The notes under the pieces were generated by a model, which saw nothing but the letters and a program-made list of their open reading frames with translations, was not told where the DNA came from and searched no databases. Below are positions 46,601-55,702 of a DNA stretch of 64,000 nucleotides, piece by piece; positions within the stretch are counted from its first letter, which is position 1; the number at the start of each line of letters is the position of its first letter. The position numbers and the translations under genes were made by a program. Location: the IMG/VR virus record IMGVR_UViG_3300020122_000238, positions 62,001-126,000 of that record; one strand, given 5' to 3'.

Positions 46601-46972
46601 TACGCTGCGGGGTTCGATACTTTCAACGCTCTCGTGCAGGCGACGGTTCCTGTCGTGGTTCCGGGCCCGGTCGTCGACCCCAACATGTACGCCAACAGCA
46701 TCCTACCTTCCGACGTGCTCGCTCGGGGAGCTGTGGTAGACGCTCGACTCACGGGGTTGACGGACCCCTCGGGCCCCATCAACACGATCCAGAACATCCT
46801 CAAGAGCATCGAGAAGCTCTACGACAAGAGGTACGCTTGGCTCGATGCTCGGCTCAACCTCACGAAGGGCTACCTTCCAAAGAAGGCCCGAGCAGTGACC
46901 GATCGGCAAAAGACGCAACTAGAGCTTGTGAAACAGCTCTATAAGATCCTGGCAACGCAAGGAGGCGGCTGA
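40697..46972 (+). CDS. Very large baseplate/structural protein (2091 aa)
   Basis: Beta-rich repeated domains (GV..GD/GY.L.I..G.....R.I), C-terminal helix; baseplate context. Confidence 0.7.
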   Translation: MGFSFKGYVLEPPRVGQANSSFTSSPNNFVSDDVAFAAIYPLGSEPSPRAEYLVLVLGDGSLADGTFGWTKNEVLRRFDYDGRDQTFKPLPGGALIDVGVVDSTINTLATRLKVPPPVVVASPAAAAPYRLSVGSGSGTQLATSLVLAFGSPSVGTVEILRTTGQLNWNPADLVTYVGQHVRFQRQSFYGFAESSGLLDLSSDALLLNPLPATGQVPLIRAGFSLHLIADEVPNEGSFSGNPPSGHVEWARTTGRLKFNSTLPLNSIYYDGVLMATGLQLPRQTIGTITSPDPIVGLPVDGGDIIFRVPGVVQFPQQERVSQFNPNGKFGVVQIQPVGSTGLVEFSFIDKILYAGQPVEVIFGDLLIERGVSMRFFRTPVNLNGADPTIKDITNVYTTTNATLADPIIGSPQVFLPAIPIDDPVYPITVHVEQGTGLFPPGVFPRLDVLPLPTGPGPTYGYILDLPKRIFQYAQRKNNVLVTIPQLAGAIALPDPLVLTTNFLVSLETGVGTGIYTPLTLGLDAILEATSGVVNFTTTQGTSITSGSTASFSGTTFTDTAGDFSAVHVGDTLSILSGINTVYTVAALISGTSFRTDLPGSGSGLSYEIHRSREVLADRFFQEAVLIDPNTKVERVRSLGPIQNLLSFNLVGLALGTFPDLSTFEDLTTDFINIGVQPGYTLTLASGPDAGSRRIVRAVSQFQLTVEVDFISVTAASYGLGRRLHIPRSAVQNARFRFGANTFSTSVVLVPKDSNFTDPSLIPQGQVEISQETGNLNFSDVDIAAGQDVYWVNLLTQGRDYKIQSGFGLVEFTDRFLALEEALITYTPLTGDGPAPSSITERATFLVRKEIAQDHPSPVSTVFFNPLGRSVASNPVPGVYRGGRPQKIGTQVLVDVAASSVTFLADEQVTEALPHGSVLEPDERVYVDYFVYEAIGGEKSVTVLQPPMFVVQVSLEDGATSFDVIGDQTTVFPAGYLLRVETERVFLLESSTYNAPTNLTTVTLSSGSDFQETLTGPKLYVSSGPIRVQPAVLFSSYFVTELTPYEPVARGMNKVYIPGDRAGSYRTGSILLFTDGLSSFLDFYQVTGALLNEFGKTEITLSSNVLRQYTPGIHALKVSARPILEASAKKTLTSRSPVLTQPYSVYRRIEGQVGHLLTQLVDYTLDESGQITFSPPLQAREEITLFYTGYRLVQAGLRLQASYTTVIAPDDVVNGLVNQSLQMDYSIYSADSFYYRVETRTNFRIEVAKSISDDAKAASPSGGPNLSNTAASKLYDQGRESVFFSEGHIANEDLVAQVMLKHYNDATNYLEDVLRDLDGRVIGCADGRFIFDGKLDNPLVPLPPLAQVPPGPLPQPPKTLSASTNQIDDQVLLTPFPLDLSGGLIPFTFTGTWVPVFNPGPLSRFYPTVKSTFGITISGKDTNAQVQDEILDLGAKNLTGVQQIRRRSPRARILKPAQTGSSTFYTTDPNATDTLLRPAFVVGQAVDIIAEDGTPLHVNIPPNGLVPPLIVITSIGSSPDTITIGFPTTVDIPAGATITAPLLEPGYPNPPYTPVGKIYTIGLEFLVNFEKGTLLYPFDMSLFGIPSTPPNANERIQAAITLSNSLTEPLRFPALDGIALDDDGDESIPLVSPSFESELGLLGFEQDYVGTGSPSVGGILQNPLTTPPYVGTGSLNVAKTIITAAVNFPSPVPQMYDLVRITGGLNGSTSYRRITAVGANTVTVDTAFTTQDAGFPFTITVSNRTTVSGFLVSSVGNVMTDTTADFTTGGVRAGYTVVITSGVSAGDRRQIVSFTTNDLAVDHPFTTDGVILQYRIDDALNTFSDLAHLTSSLTAAKALILTNVAPALPAITPVNSEKIAIEAFFEYVLTDLLSPITQVGTAAGTVLTGTTDFVAAGVQAGDLVYIPTDGNGNDGFYKVVNPPPTTTTLNVDVAFATNAAVSFRVTRAFGVTIKKSFSDLFTILKNSVAYAAGFDTFNALVQATVPVVVPGPVVDPNMYANSILPSDVLARGAVVDARLTGLTDPSGPINTIQNILKSIEKLYDKRYAWLDARLNLTKGYLPKKARAVTDRQKTQLELVKQLYKILATQGGG

Positions 46973-47148
46973 TGTCGGACGAAAAAGCACCGGAAGAGAC
47001 TCCCGCTCCGGCTCCTGGCTGGGAGCACCGTCAAGAGCTTGGGATCCAGAAGCACATGCGAGAGGTCATCAAGTTGACCATCGAGGCTTCCGAGAAGGAG
47101 CTGTCGGCTCTGCAACGTAAGGTTCGACGCCTGACGTACGGGAGCTGA
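46972..47148 (+). CDS. Small coiled-coil protein (MSDEKAPEE...)
   Basis: 58 codons, TGATG coupling, SD GGAGG. Confidence 0.65.
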   Translation: MSDEKAPEETPAPAPGWEHRQELGIQKHMREVIKLTIEASEKELSALQRKVRRLTYGS

Positions 47149-47149
47149 T

Positions 47150-49321
47150 ATGGCTGCTCAGGCTAACTGGAAATCGTTCAAGCTACAGGTGCCCGGCGAG
47201 CCCCTACTGAAGAAAATTAGTACGGCGCTGGAGACGCTCGTCACCCTCTTGGACGTTCTCAAGGCCATTCTGGAGACAGTCAAGGTCTTTCTGATCGACT
47301 TCGGGAACCCCATCAAGGCCATCGTTCAAGCCCTGATCGACCTCGTCACGAAGCTCTTCAAGACGCTACAACGGTCGGGCTTCTACCTCTACCTGGACAT
47401 CCCGGACCCTTCGAAGGACCCGAGCTTCAAGAGGCAAGTTGGGGGCTATCGTGGGTTCGCCCAGCGCTTCAAGTCTTCCCTCGTCGACAGCAAGGACCCC
47501 AACCGCCCTCAGCCCACCTCGGGTTTCTTGACGGGAGGCTACGTCGTCCTCCTCGTTGACGTGGATGGACCGGTTCAGTTGTTGACGCGGATCCAGGTTC
47601 TTCTTCGCCTCTTCGGACAGGAGTTCCTGAACCCCCATTACGCAGCTCCGTCGAACGTGAGGGTCCTCCCTGTGGGCGCAAAGGGAGACCCCATTTTGGC
47701 GATCTCCAAAATCTTCACGACGCCTCCGACGGCCCTTGCCATCGAGTGGTCTCTTCCTTCCACGACCCCGGGACCGGACCCGGGCTTCTCTGGGATCACA
47801 TCCCAGATCAGCACGGAGTTCTACCCCCCGAAGTGGCTCATCGAGAAGAGCACGACCCCTCCGGTTCAAGAAGTCCCGGATGATCAGCTCGGCGACAACT
47901 CCCTTGCTGGCTACGTCACGACGCAAATCGAGTCCAACTATATCGACCCCCGAAACAACAATCTGCCGATCAAGAGGAAGATCAAGCTCAAGGATGAGTA
48001 TGGGGACCCCTTCGTCAAGATGCAGGAATACATCGTAGTTGACGCTTCGGTCAACTCCATGTCTTTCTTTCTCGGGCAACTAGGCACCTTCCGGTATATC
48101 GACAAGAACGTTGAGCCCGATAAGGCCTACTTCTACAGGGTTAGGGCCTTTTCTGGCGAACTGGCTATCTCCGGCAAGACTATCACCTTCGAGAAGCCCT
48201 CTCAGAACTTGAACGATGGTGGGAAGTACTTCCTACGTTGGCCTGGCAAAAGCGCTACAAATCCACCCATCGTTGGCCGGGGGTCATCTATCCTTCGGGG
48301 GAGGATTCCAAAACTCCCGCCCAACTTCGATGTCATTGGGGTTTTGAAGGCCGTCTATCTCACGGCCTTCTCCCTCGACTTCCACTTGCCGGCGGCGCCT
48401 GGAGACAAGTTCAACTCCCAGGGGCTCCCGCTCGATGATTCAACTTTGACGAGTCACATCGGGATGGGGTCGCTCACGAGTCAGGCTGGATCTCTTGCAG
48501 CATTCTCCTCTGTCCCGATTCTGAACCTGCTCAGCCAAGCAACGTCTCTGACGACCAGCTCGAACCCCGTCACGGGGAATCCTCTGTCGATGCCATGGCA
48601 GCGGAAGGCGGTTCGTTTTCAGTCTTCCCGGCTGACGATCGCGATCACGTCGGCGATGCTTGATGCAGGGGGATCCTTCGTCGAGGGCTTCCGAGGCTTC
48701 ATGCAGGGGCCTCTTCCCAAGGGGACAATCAACATCTCGTGGCCGACTCCCACGGACACGTTGGAGAAGCTCGTCCTGGCGTTCACGAGGGTCGACCAGG
48801 GGCATGTGAGCGATGACACGGCAAAAGCCTGGAAGCTGGCTTTTGCCAACCCCCAGGTGCGCCTTAACGTCCTGGCAGTGGTCAACTATTTGAGGACCTT
48901 CACGTTGGGGGGTTCACGTCCCGACTGGATCCAGGTCTCTCTTCTACGAGACATCATCCCATGGGCGGGGCAGTTCCTCTATGACATCATTGCCAAGATC
49001 CAGGCTCTTGTGGACGCCTTCCGAGGGGTGGTCGACGAGATCAAGGCCTTCATCGACCTGCTCATCCGCAAGATCGACACCTTGGAGAAATTCATCAAGT
49101 TCCTTCTGTCGATTCTCGATTTCATCGAGAGCCTCCAGATCGACTTCGCCGTCCTCTTCATCCCGTCAGTCTCGGGTGATGTTGGAGATTGGATCGCGGC
49201 GTTTGATGGGGCTCAGAACCAGCCAACGAGCGGACCTCAAGGGTATGCAGCGGGGATCGCTTTGGCCTATCTCGCACCGGATGTTGCGGATCTCGTTTCA
49301 GCTCTCCAGCTCATCTTCTAG
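47150..49321 (+). CDS. Structural protein with terminal amphipathic helices and FN3-like middle
   Basis: YIDKNVEPDKAYFYRVRAF is FN3-like; operon context. Confidence 0.65.
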   Translation: MAAQANWKSFKLQVPGEPLLKKISTALETLVTLLDVLKAILETVKVFLIDFGNPIKAIVQALIDLVTKLFKTLQRSGFYLYLDIPDPSKDPSFKRQVGGYRGFAQRFKSSLVDSKDPNRPQPTSGFLTGGYVVLLVDVDGPVQLLTRIQVLLRLFGQEFLNPHYAAPSNVRVLPVGAKGDPILAISKIFTTPPTALAIEWSLPSTTPGPDPGFSGITSQISTEFYPPKWLIEKSTTPPVQEVPDDQLGDNSLAGYVTTQIESNYIDPRNNNLPIKRKIKLKDEYGDPFVKMQEYIVVDASVNSMSFFLGQLGTFRYIDKNVEPDKAYFYRVRAFSGELAISGKTITFEKPSQNLNDGGKYFLRWPGKSATNPPIVGRGSSILRGRIPKLPPNFDVIGVLKAVYLTAFSLDFHLPAAPGDKFNSQGLPLDDSTLTSHIGMGSLTSQAGSLAAFSSVPILNLLSQATSLTTSSNPVTGNPLSMPWQRKAVRFQSSRLTIAITSAMLDAGGSFVEGFRGFMQGPLPKGTINISWPTPTDTLEKLVLAFTRVDQGHVSDDTAKAWKLAFANPQVRLNVLAVVNYLRTFTLGGSRPDWIQVSLLRDIIPWAGQFLYDIIAKIQALVDAFRGVVDEIKAFIDLLIRKIDTLEKFIKFLLSILDFIESLQIDFAVLFIPSVSGDVGDWIAAFDGAQNQPTSGPQGYAAGIALAYLAPDVADLVSALQLIF

Positions 49322-49671
49322 CGCTTGTTTTTGGGTCGGATCTTGTCTCCGCGAGGAACGATTCGGACGAGCTTGTAGCGCCATCGATCCGGACGGGGTT
49401 TGGCTCGTCGTCCAAATTGCCAGCCCACATGACTGCGGGTCTTGAGCTTGTTCCAAATGATGTTTCGGGCCTCCTCCCAAGTAAACTTGGACGCGAGCGA
49501 TTGCATCCCCACCCAACTCCACTTGTGGCCATCAACAAGGATCCAATGTAGCGGATACTTCGGGTCCTTGTATCGTTCCACAAGCTTGGCCGCCCCTCCC
49601 GCAGGTTCGGTCCCCTTTTCGACCCACGTCAGGTACTCGTCACCACTTTTGATGAAATAGTCTCGATCCAT
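49318..49671 (-). CDS. Hypothetical protein inserted antisense
   Basis: ATG 49671 lies 10 nt after minus-strand TGGTGTA (49682-49688). Confidence 0.6.
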   Translation of the reverse strand: MDRDYFIKSGDEYLTWVEKGTEPAGGAAKLVERYKDPKYPLHWILVDGHKWSWVGMQSLASKFTWEEARNIIWNKLKTRSHVGWQFGRRAKPRPDRWRYKLVRIVPRGDKIRPKNKR

Positions 49672-49734
49672 CTGGTAGAAGTACACCAGAAGGGGAGCAT
49701 CTTCTAAAGTTCTCCCCCTTGTAGGAGAAGAACT

Positions 49735-50042
49735 TTGGCCAAGGTACTCACACCCGAACAGGAGGCGGCGCTTGTGTTGGCGTACCTCGGCGGTTCCTCA
49801 GGGGTTGGACCTCGGGTCACTTCGAAGCCATGTGGCAGATACAAGCTGGGAAGTGTGCAATCTGCCACATTGAGATGGCCAAAAAAGGTCGAAGCAGCAC
49901 GGCAGTACATGCCGACCACGACCATCTCACGGGGAAGGTTCGAGCCCTGCTGTGCTCAAATTGCAACAGGGGTCTCGGCAACTTCAGGGACTCGCCGGAA
50001 TTTCTCTTGTCGTCTGCGGCCTATTTGGGGGTTCACAAGTGA
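49735..50042 (+). pseudogene. Decayed endonuclease-VII-type homing endonuclease
   Basis: N-terminal HTH-like start (49735) out of frame with QAGKCAIC...DHDHLTGKVRALLCSNCNRGLG (49830-50042). Confidence 0.7.
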
Positions 50043-50782
50043 GTTTCGAGTTCAAAGGCACTTTTAATAGGAGCCAGTTCCAACGCTTCGTGGCGTTCGC
50101 TCGAAGCCAGCTCACGGTTGTCGACGCCAGAATCGTCCATCTCTCGGCGGAGCAGGGGCGAGTGGGGGCGCTCCTGTTTTCCTACGATGCAGGAGGCGTC
50201 CCTGTGGGGTTCGTTGCGGAGCCGGCGGACTCCTACATCGGAAAGCTTGTGGGGGTCTACGAAGTCTTTGGGGGGGACGTGCTCTTCGACCTCCATGTTC
50301 GGTCGATGAACCAGCCGGTCTTCCTAATGAAGACCGACGAAACGACGCCTGCCCAGCTCATGAGCAACGGAGAGGTTGTGGGGGCTCCAGGGCTCGCCGA
50401 TGGGGAATCCGCGGAGCTGATGTCTCAAGCGCGCGAATGGGTTCGCCCGGTCCTCGATTACCGCCTGGACCACCTGGAGCGGAAGATTCGTCGAGCCATC
50501 GACTACTCCGATTCTCTCCAAGGGGAGATCAACCTTCTGTCCCTTATCAAGGCGGACAAGGACATCGAGGACTCCTTCGAGTATATAGCTGACAGGGTCG
50601 AGCAGCTCTTCGGGGATCCCTCGTTCCGTGCCATTTGGGATGACCAAGGCAAGGACAAGTTCGGCAAGCTCATCTACGCCCCCTTCTTGCCCTTCTCCAG
50701 TGGGACGGCACGGGAGGCCAACAGCGTCTACGGCCGCGACGAGCGGGGGGCTACCACGCCTGGAGAGAAGCAAGGGTCATGA
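50039..50782 (+). CDS. Hypothetical structural protein
   Basis: GTG start overlapping the preceding TGA (MSFEFKGTF...); operon context. Confidence 0.7.
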   Translation: MSFEFKGTFNRSQFQRFVAFARSQLTVVDARIVHLSAEQGRVGALLFSYDAGGVPVGFVAEPADSYIGKLVGVYEVFGGDVLFDLHVRSMNQPVFLMKTDETTPAQLMSNGEVVGAPGLADGESAELMSQAREWVRPVLDYRLDHLERKIRRAIDYSDSLQGEINLLSLIKADKDIEDSFEYIADRVEQLFGDPSFRAIWDDQGKDKFGKLIYAPFLPFSSGTAREANSVYGRDERGATTPGEKQGS

Positions 50783-51912
50783 GTTACGACCGGCAAATTG
50801 ACCAGGTCTGCCCACATCTTGTTGCGGAGGAAGCGCTCTACATCGGAGCGGATCGCCGGGCTATTCGACCGATGCGTCCTATTGCTTCGGCGGACTCTGT
50901 CTTGGTGCGGTTCAACGGAGAAGCTCTGATTCCTTCGTCGGGGTTGCAACTCCCGGGTGCCGCAACGGGTAACAAGGAAGGCCCGTTCACCATCCTCGCA
51001 GGGGTGAACGACAAGCTCGCGGTTCGAGTCGACCAGGGGGCAATGCAGACGGTCGTTCTGTCGCCAGCTTCCGCTCTTGTCCCGGAGCGTCTTGCCTACC
51101 AGCTCAACCGCCAGCTCACCGGGGTCACCTTCCGAGGGGTGGGCAATCGGCTACAGTTCAGGACCGCCTCGGAAGGCCTAGGGGCAAGTGTTCTCTTCGA
51201 TGCAACCAGCACGATGACGCGGCTCATTGGGGTTCTGACCCCCCGAGAGTTTCGAGGACAGACGAGCATCCCTGGTTGGACCCTCGTACGGGATCTCAAG
51301 TCTCTTTCGGATCGGCCTACTCGGCTCATCATCTTCGATGAGCCCCTTCGGAGCTTCGGGGACTTCGTCGAGATCAGCTACACGACCGTCAAGCAGGATT
51401 GCCGGCGTTGTGGGGGTATCGGCGTCGAAAACGACTGGCGATACGGGCAGACAGGGGAGGTTGCTCAGGTTCGAGATGAGGCTCTTCTCATTCAGGAGCT
51501 ACAGAAGAATTTCCTCACCGTCCGGGGGAGCAACAGCTTCCACCCATTTTACGGATCGACCCTCATCGAGGCCATAGGCAAGAAGATCGTCTCGGGAGGT
51601 CTTATGCAAAGTCTCCTAGAGACGGACATCTACCAGACTTTCAAGGCGTGGAACGACATCAAGCGAGGGCAGGAAGAGAAAGTCGGGCAGTACGTGTCGG
51701 ACTCCGAGTTCCCCTACCGAATGTTGGGGGTCAACATCGTTCCGAGTAAACAAGACGTCACCGTGGTCTTCCTTCGGATTACGGTTCAGAATCGTTCGCA
51801 GAAACCTATTGTGTTGGAACGAGGTCTTCGTTTGCCCCAAGCATTCGATATCAAGTCCTTCCAACAGGGCAACATTCGACAGTCCCTCCTCAACCCTGTT
51901 TTTGCTGGGTAA
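50779..51912 (+). CDS. Baseplate wedge / sheath initiator (gp25-like C-terminus)
   Basis: LIQELQKNFLTVRGSNSFHPFYGSTL matches gp25 T..G....P.YGS; precedes the J-like gene. Confidence 0.7.
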   Translation: MSYDRQIDQVCPHLVAEEALYIGADRRAIRPMRPIASADSVLVRFNGEALIPSSGLQLPGAATGNKEGPFTILAGVNDKLAVRVDQGAMQTVVLSPASALVPERLAYQLNRQLTGVTFRGVGNRLQFRTASEGLGASVLFDATSTMTRLIGVLTPREFRGQTSIPGWTLVRDLKSLSDRPTRLIIFDEPLRSFGDFVEISYTTVKQDCRRCGGIGVENDWRYGQTGEVAQVRDEALLIQELQKNFLTVRGSNSFHPFYGSTLIEAIGKKIVSGGLMQSLLETDIYQTFKAWNDIKRGQEEKVGQYVSDSEFPYRMLGVNIVPSKQDVTVVFLRITVQNRSQKPIVLERGLRLPQAFDIKSFQQGNIRQSLLNPVFAG

Positions 51913-51915
51913 TCG

Positions 51916-54900
51916 ATGGCCACGGCACCCAAATTCGAGAGTCGCGATAGCCTTGGGTTCACTCAGAACCTCGTTTTCACGACAAACCAAGGATCGGTTG
52001 TCCTCTCGGGGACGATCGATGTCAACACGTCTGCGGTTCAGGTCTCGATTAACGGGGGGCCTTTCGTTTCAGACCCGACGCTTGTCAAGATCGACCTCGG
52101 GACCTTCACCATCCCGAACCTGACGACGTACCCCTCGGGGCTCCTTCTGGAGTTCGGGGACAACGTCATACAGGTTCGGGCGATCGACATCATCGGCGGG
52201 GTGAGCGGTGCCTCAACGGCCACCATCTCGCGTGTCCAGGCGATCGACCTTGTTGGGACTCGAATCCCGTCGGGCATCAGGCTTCGGCGTATGCGGAATG
52301 CCGTGACCATCCTCGCTGCAACCCCCGACGCGGATATCATCGAGCAGTCCGAGGATACGGGTCTTCCGATCGTCTACCCGGTCAAGTTCCTCGGGTTCCA
52401 CATCTACGCCTCGACAAGTCCCGCTGGCGTCTCGGGGCTCTTCAGGATCAACGAGAAGATCATTCAGCCGGTCGTGACTGCCGTTGAAGAGGATGTCCTG
52501 ATCCAGGATGACGTCATTGCTTCATGGCCGGACTCAGCACGGAAATTCGTGCGGATTCGAGTCACCGAGGAGGACGAGTTTGGTAACGAGCTTAACCTTC
52601 GGCTTGATGTTCGCCGAGACGTCAACACCGTTTTCCATCGCGTGCGTCTTCGGGGCTCTCTGGAGCAGTACCGTTTGACCAAGTTCGTGTCGTTCCGGCA
52701 CAATCGAGCTGGCGGGGCGGGGCTCATCAACTCGGAGCAGTTCGCAGGAATCTCGAACAACGACCCCCTCTACTATGTGGTGTCGGCGATCTACTACAAC
52801 AACTTGACGGGCGAGGAAGTGGAAACCCCGACGAGCCAAGAGGTTGTGGGGGCTCCTCTCATCATCGACACGGCGATCAAAGACTTGCCTGGTCGCGTCG
52901 AGCAACAGATCCTTGTCGACTACGTTCGAGCCGTGCAGCGGGTCAACTCGGAGATCTCCCTCATCCCGGGCTCGACGACGCGAGATGTCTCGATCGACCC
53001 GTTCACCTCGGAAGCGGAGCGCATCTGGTTCCTTTTGGACTTCGTCCACAGGAGCCAGAGCTTCCTCACGTTACTCCAGATCGATGATGCCAACGGCGAT
53101 GGTATCTCGGATGATGTCGCCTCCTCCGCCTACAAGACGGCGCTGAGGGATGCGCTCGGGTTTGCGACGGATGCCGCAGTCCAACAGCTTCTCGATACAC
53201 AGTTCGACAAGCTGGCGAGGAACCACGGGAAGACCCGGCTCCCGGGGCGGCCCGCCGTTGGGCAGGCGGTCATCTACACGCCGACGAAGCCCCTCAAGAA
53301 CATCCCTGTCCCCGCGGGCACCTTCGTCTCGACGGACACGGATAGCAGCACCAACACGCCTTCTGTGCGCTTCCGCGTGGGAGGCACCTTCGTTCTCCCG
53401 GCGGCCAATGCCGATGCCTATTTCAATTTCGACACCAAGCAATATGAGCTGACGGTCGACATCATCGCAGAGACGATCGGCACGGACGGGAACCGCTCGG
53501 CAACGGCCATCAAAAACATACAGGGGGTCCCTGGCGTTCGCGTGACGAACCGTGCAGCCACAACCTTCGGCACCAACCAAGAGTCGAATGCGGGGCTTGC
53601 AGAGCGCACCATGTTGGGGCCTTCCTCGGTCGACACGGGAACCGAAGGTGGGTACGCGGCTACGGCGGCGGAAGAGGTCGGCATCGTCAAGTCCAAGATC
53701 GTGAAATCGGGGGATGCCCTGATGATGCGCGACTACGACCCGGTCCGTCACAAGCATATCGGAGGCAAGGTCGACATCTGGGTGCAAGGCATTCGCGAGC
53801 GCGAAGTGACGGAGAAGTTCGCCTTCACCTTCGAGGTTGCCAGGGATGTTCTTGTCCAGATCATCGATCTCTCGACGCTCACCTTCCGCGTGCTCGACTC
53901 ACGGGTGACGCTCTCTACCCCCATCGTCGAGATCCTCAACAACCCCATTCAGGGGTTGGGGGTTCACAACGTCTCGGCGGGTCAGGACTACGACCTCACG
54001 GGGGTCGTGATTCTCGATTACCAGACGTTCAGGATCGACAGCACCATCCCACAGCCCATCACGCATCTCGATGACTCGATCGTCGCGGACTATCGTTTCC
54101 GCGTCGTCAACCAGTTCCGGTTCTCACTCCAGCCGGTGCGTCGGGTTGTCTCGGTGGTGGGGGAGGTTGCGGGGCCTCTCGACCCCTCCGTGAACTACCT
54201 CCTCTACAAGAACGACGACCCTCTTCTGACGGGCGAAAGCACGATCGCGAAGGATTACCTCTCGATCCTCCAAGCGAATGGCAAGCCCTCGGGGAACACC
54301 ATTCAGATCAACAATGAGGATCACGTCCTCATTGGTTTCGTCCAGGAGCCTTTGAACACCATCGGGGTCAACACCAAGACCATCCGAGTCTTCAACCAGG
54401 CTCGGACGGTGGAATACGATGGTCCGGGGACGCCTCTCCCGGACTTCGAGATCATCTTGGGAACTCCCACGTCTCCCGCCAAGATCGTTCGGACGGCCTC
54501 CTCGCTGATCAAGAATGGGCAGTCTGTGAGCGTCGACTACACGCACGACGAGAATTTCACGGTCACCTATGTGATCAACGACCTGCTTCAGGATTTGCAG
54601 CATGTGGTGAACAACCGCCGGCACACCACGGCAGATGTTCTCGTGAAGCAGGCAGTTCTGAACCAGATCGACATCGAGACCACGGTACAGCTCAAGCGAG
54701 GGGCGACCAAGGACACGACGGATCCGGCCATTCACACCTCTGTGAGCCTGGAGCTGAACCAGAAGCTCATTGGGCAGGGTTCCGCCCAAAGCGACATCAT
54801 CAACGCGGTCGACTCGACGCAAGGGGTTGACTACCAGATCGTGCCTCTCGCCAAGATGGCCTACGCAGATGGGTCCCGAAAGCTGCGGGAGACCATTCTC

Positions 54901-55386
54901 TCGGACTTCGTCCCCCTCCCGGTCCTCGATATCGGGGGCAACATCGTGTACATGCTTCTCAACCCCCTCCAGTCACCCACGACGGATGGCGGCGGGCTCG
55001 ACACGGAACACCGTGGGGTCTTCCAGGACGATGAGAGCATGACGCTCTCATCGTCCCTCCTCATGGTCGGGGGCGCTTCCAACCAGGCGTACATCATCGG
55101 CGCGACGGGGGCTGACATCACGGGCTACTCGGACGACGCCACCCTGACGGCAGCCGGCTTCCTCACGGCAGATGCCAGGACGACCGAACGGCTTCGGAGG
55201 ACAGCAAATCATGTTGTTGTCTCCCTCCTTGGAGCGAGTCTTCCCACGGACGACCCTGGGAAGCACACCTACTCCGCAAGCTACGTCATTCGAGGCGACA
55301 AGAACGCACACGACATCTTCACGACTCAGGTCGAGTACATCGATCTGGGCAGCTTCACCATCACCTACAGGCAGGCAACCACATGA
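51916..55386 (+). CDS. Baseplate J/gp6-like wedge protein
   Basis: IPGSTTRD...FDKLARNHGKTR...VPAGT...GTDGN...GTNQESNAGLAER...GGKVDIWV. Confidence 0.8.
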   Translation: MATAPKFESRDSLGFTQNLVFTTNQGSVVLSGTIDVNTSAVQVSINGGPFVSDPTLVKIDLGTFTIPNLTTYPSGLLLEFGDNVIQVRAIDIIGGVSGASTATISRVQAIDLVGTRIPSGIRLRRMRNAVTILAATPDADIIEQSEDTGLPIVYPVKFLGFHIYASTSPAGVSGLFRINEKIIQPVVTAVEEDVLIQDDVIASWPDSARKFVRIRVTEEDEFGNELNLRLDVRRDVNTVFHRVRLRGSLEQYRLTKFVSFRHNRAGGAGLINSEQFAGISNNDPLYYVVSAIYYNNLTGEEVETPTSQEVVGAPLIIDTAIKDLPGRVEQQILVDYVRAVQRVNSEISLIPGSTTRDVSIDPFTSEAERIWFLLDFVHRSQSFLTLLQIDDANGDGISDDVASSAYKTALRDALGFATDAAVQQLLDTQFDKLARNHGKTRLPGRPAVGQAVIYTPTKPLKNIPVPAGTFVSTDTDSSTNTPSVRFRVGGTFVLPAANADAYFNFDTKQYELTVDIIAETIGTDGNRSATAIKNIQGVPGVRVTNRAATTFGTNQESNAGLAERTMLGPSSVDTGTEGGYAATAAEEVGIVKSKIVKSGDALMMRDYDPVRHKHIGGKVDIWVQGIREREVTEKFAFTFEVARDVLVQIIDLSTLTFRVLDSRVTLSTPIVEILNNPIQGLGVHNVSAGQDYDLTGVVILDYQTFRIDSTIPQPITHLDDSIVADYRFRVVNQFRFSLQPVRRVVSVVGEVAGPLDPSVNYLLYKNDDPLLTGESTIAKDYLSILQANGKPSGNTIQINNEDHVLIGFVQEPLNTIGVNTKTIRVFNQARTVEYDGPGTPLPDFEIILGTPTSPAKIVRTASSLIKNGQSVSVDYTHDENFTVTYVINDLLQDLQHVVNNRRHTTADVLVKQAVLNQIDIETTVQLKRGATKDTTDPAIHTSVSLELNQKLIGQGSAQSDIINAVDSTQGVDYQIVPLAKMAYADGSRKLRETILSDFVPLPVLDIGGNIVYMLLNPLQSPTTDGGGLDTEHRGVFQDDESMTLSSSLLMVGGASNQAYIIGATGADITGYSDDATLTAAGFLTADARTTERLRRTANHVVVSLLGASLPTDDPGKHTYSASYVIRGDKNAHDIFTTQVEYIDLGSFTITYRQATT

Positions 55387-55565
55387 GCAAACGACTTGTT
55401 CGCAAGAAGAAGTTTCTGGAGTCGAAACTGAGTACCCCTACTCCGGTTCCTGTTCCACAGGCTGAGAGGGTGTACCCGTTTGCGGCAATGACTCGTGAAC
55501 AAAAGAAGCTTCTGGCCTCTCAGATGATTGCCCCCATTCGATGTGGGGGGAAGGATTACAAATGA
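55383..55565 (+). CDS. Small hypothetical protein
   Basis: ATGA overlap with the J-like gene. Confidence 0.45.
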   Translation: MSKRLVRKKKFLESKLSTPTPVPVPQAERVYPFAAMTREQKKLLASQMIAPIRCGGKDYK

Positions 55566-55699
55566 AACTGTATCGGAGCTTCGTTCATAATGTCCTGATC
55601 CACCCGCTGTGCTTCGTGGCGGATCTCCTAGAAACTTTTGGGGTCAAGCGATTCTCCAAGAAGATCGACGAACTCCACGACACGTCGGCTCCAATTTGA
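55562..55699 (+). CDS. Small hypothetical protein (MKLYRSFVHNVLIHPL...)
   Basis: 45 codons, ATGA overlap. Confidence 0.5.
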   Translation: MKLYRSFVHNVLIHPLCFVADLLETFGVKRFSKKIDELHDTSAPI

Positions 55700-55702
55700 C
55701 CC

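Noticed and set aside
50779-50800. MSYDRQ start of the gp25-like protein as a YDRR tag
   Set aside because: Imperfect match with no following x-A, on a baseplate protein; not counted.
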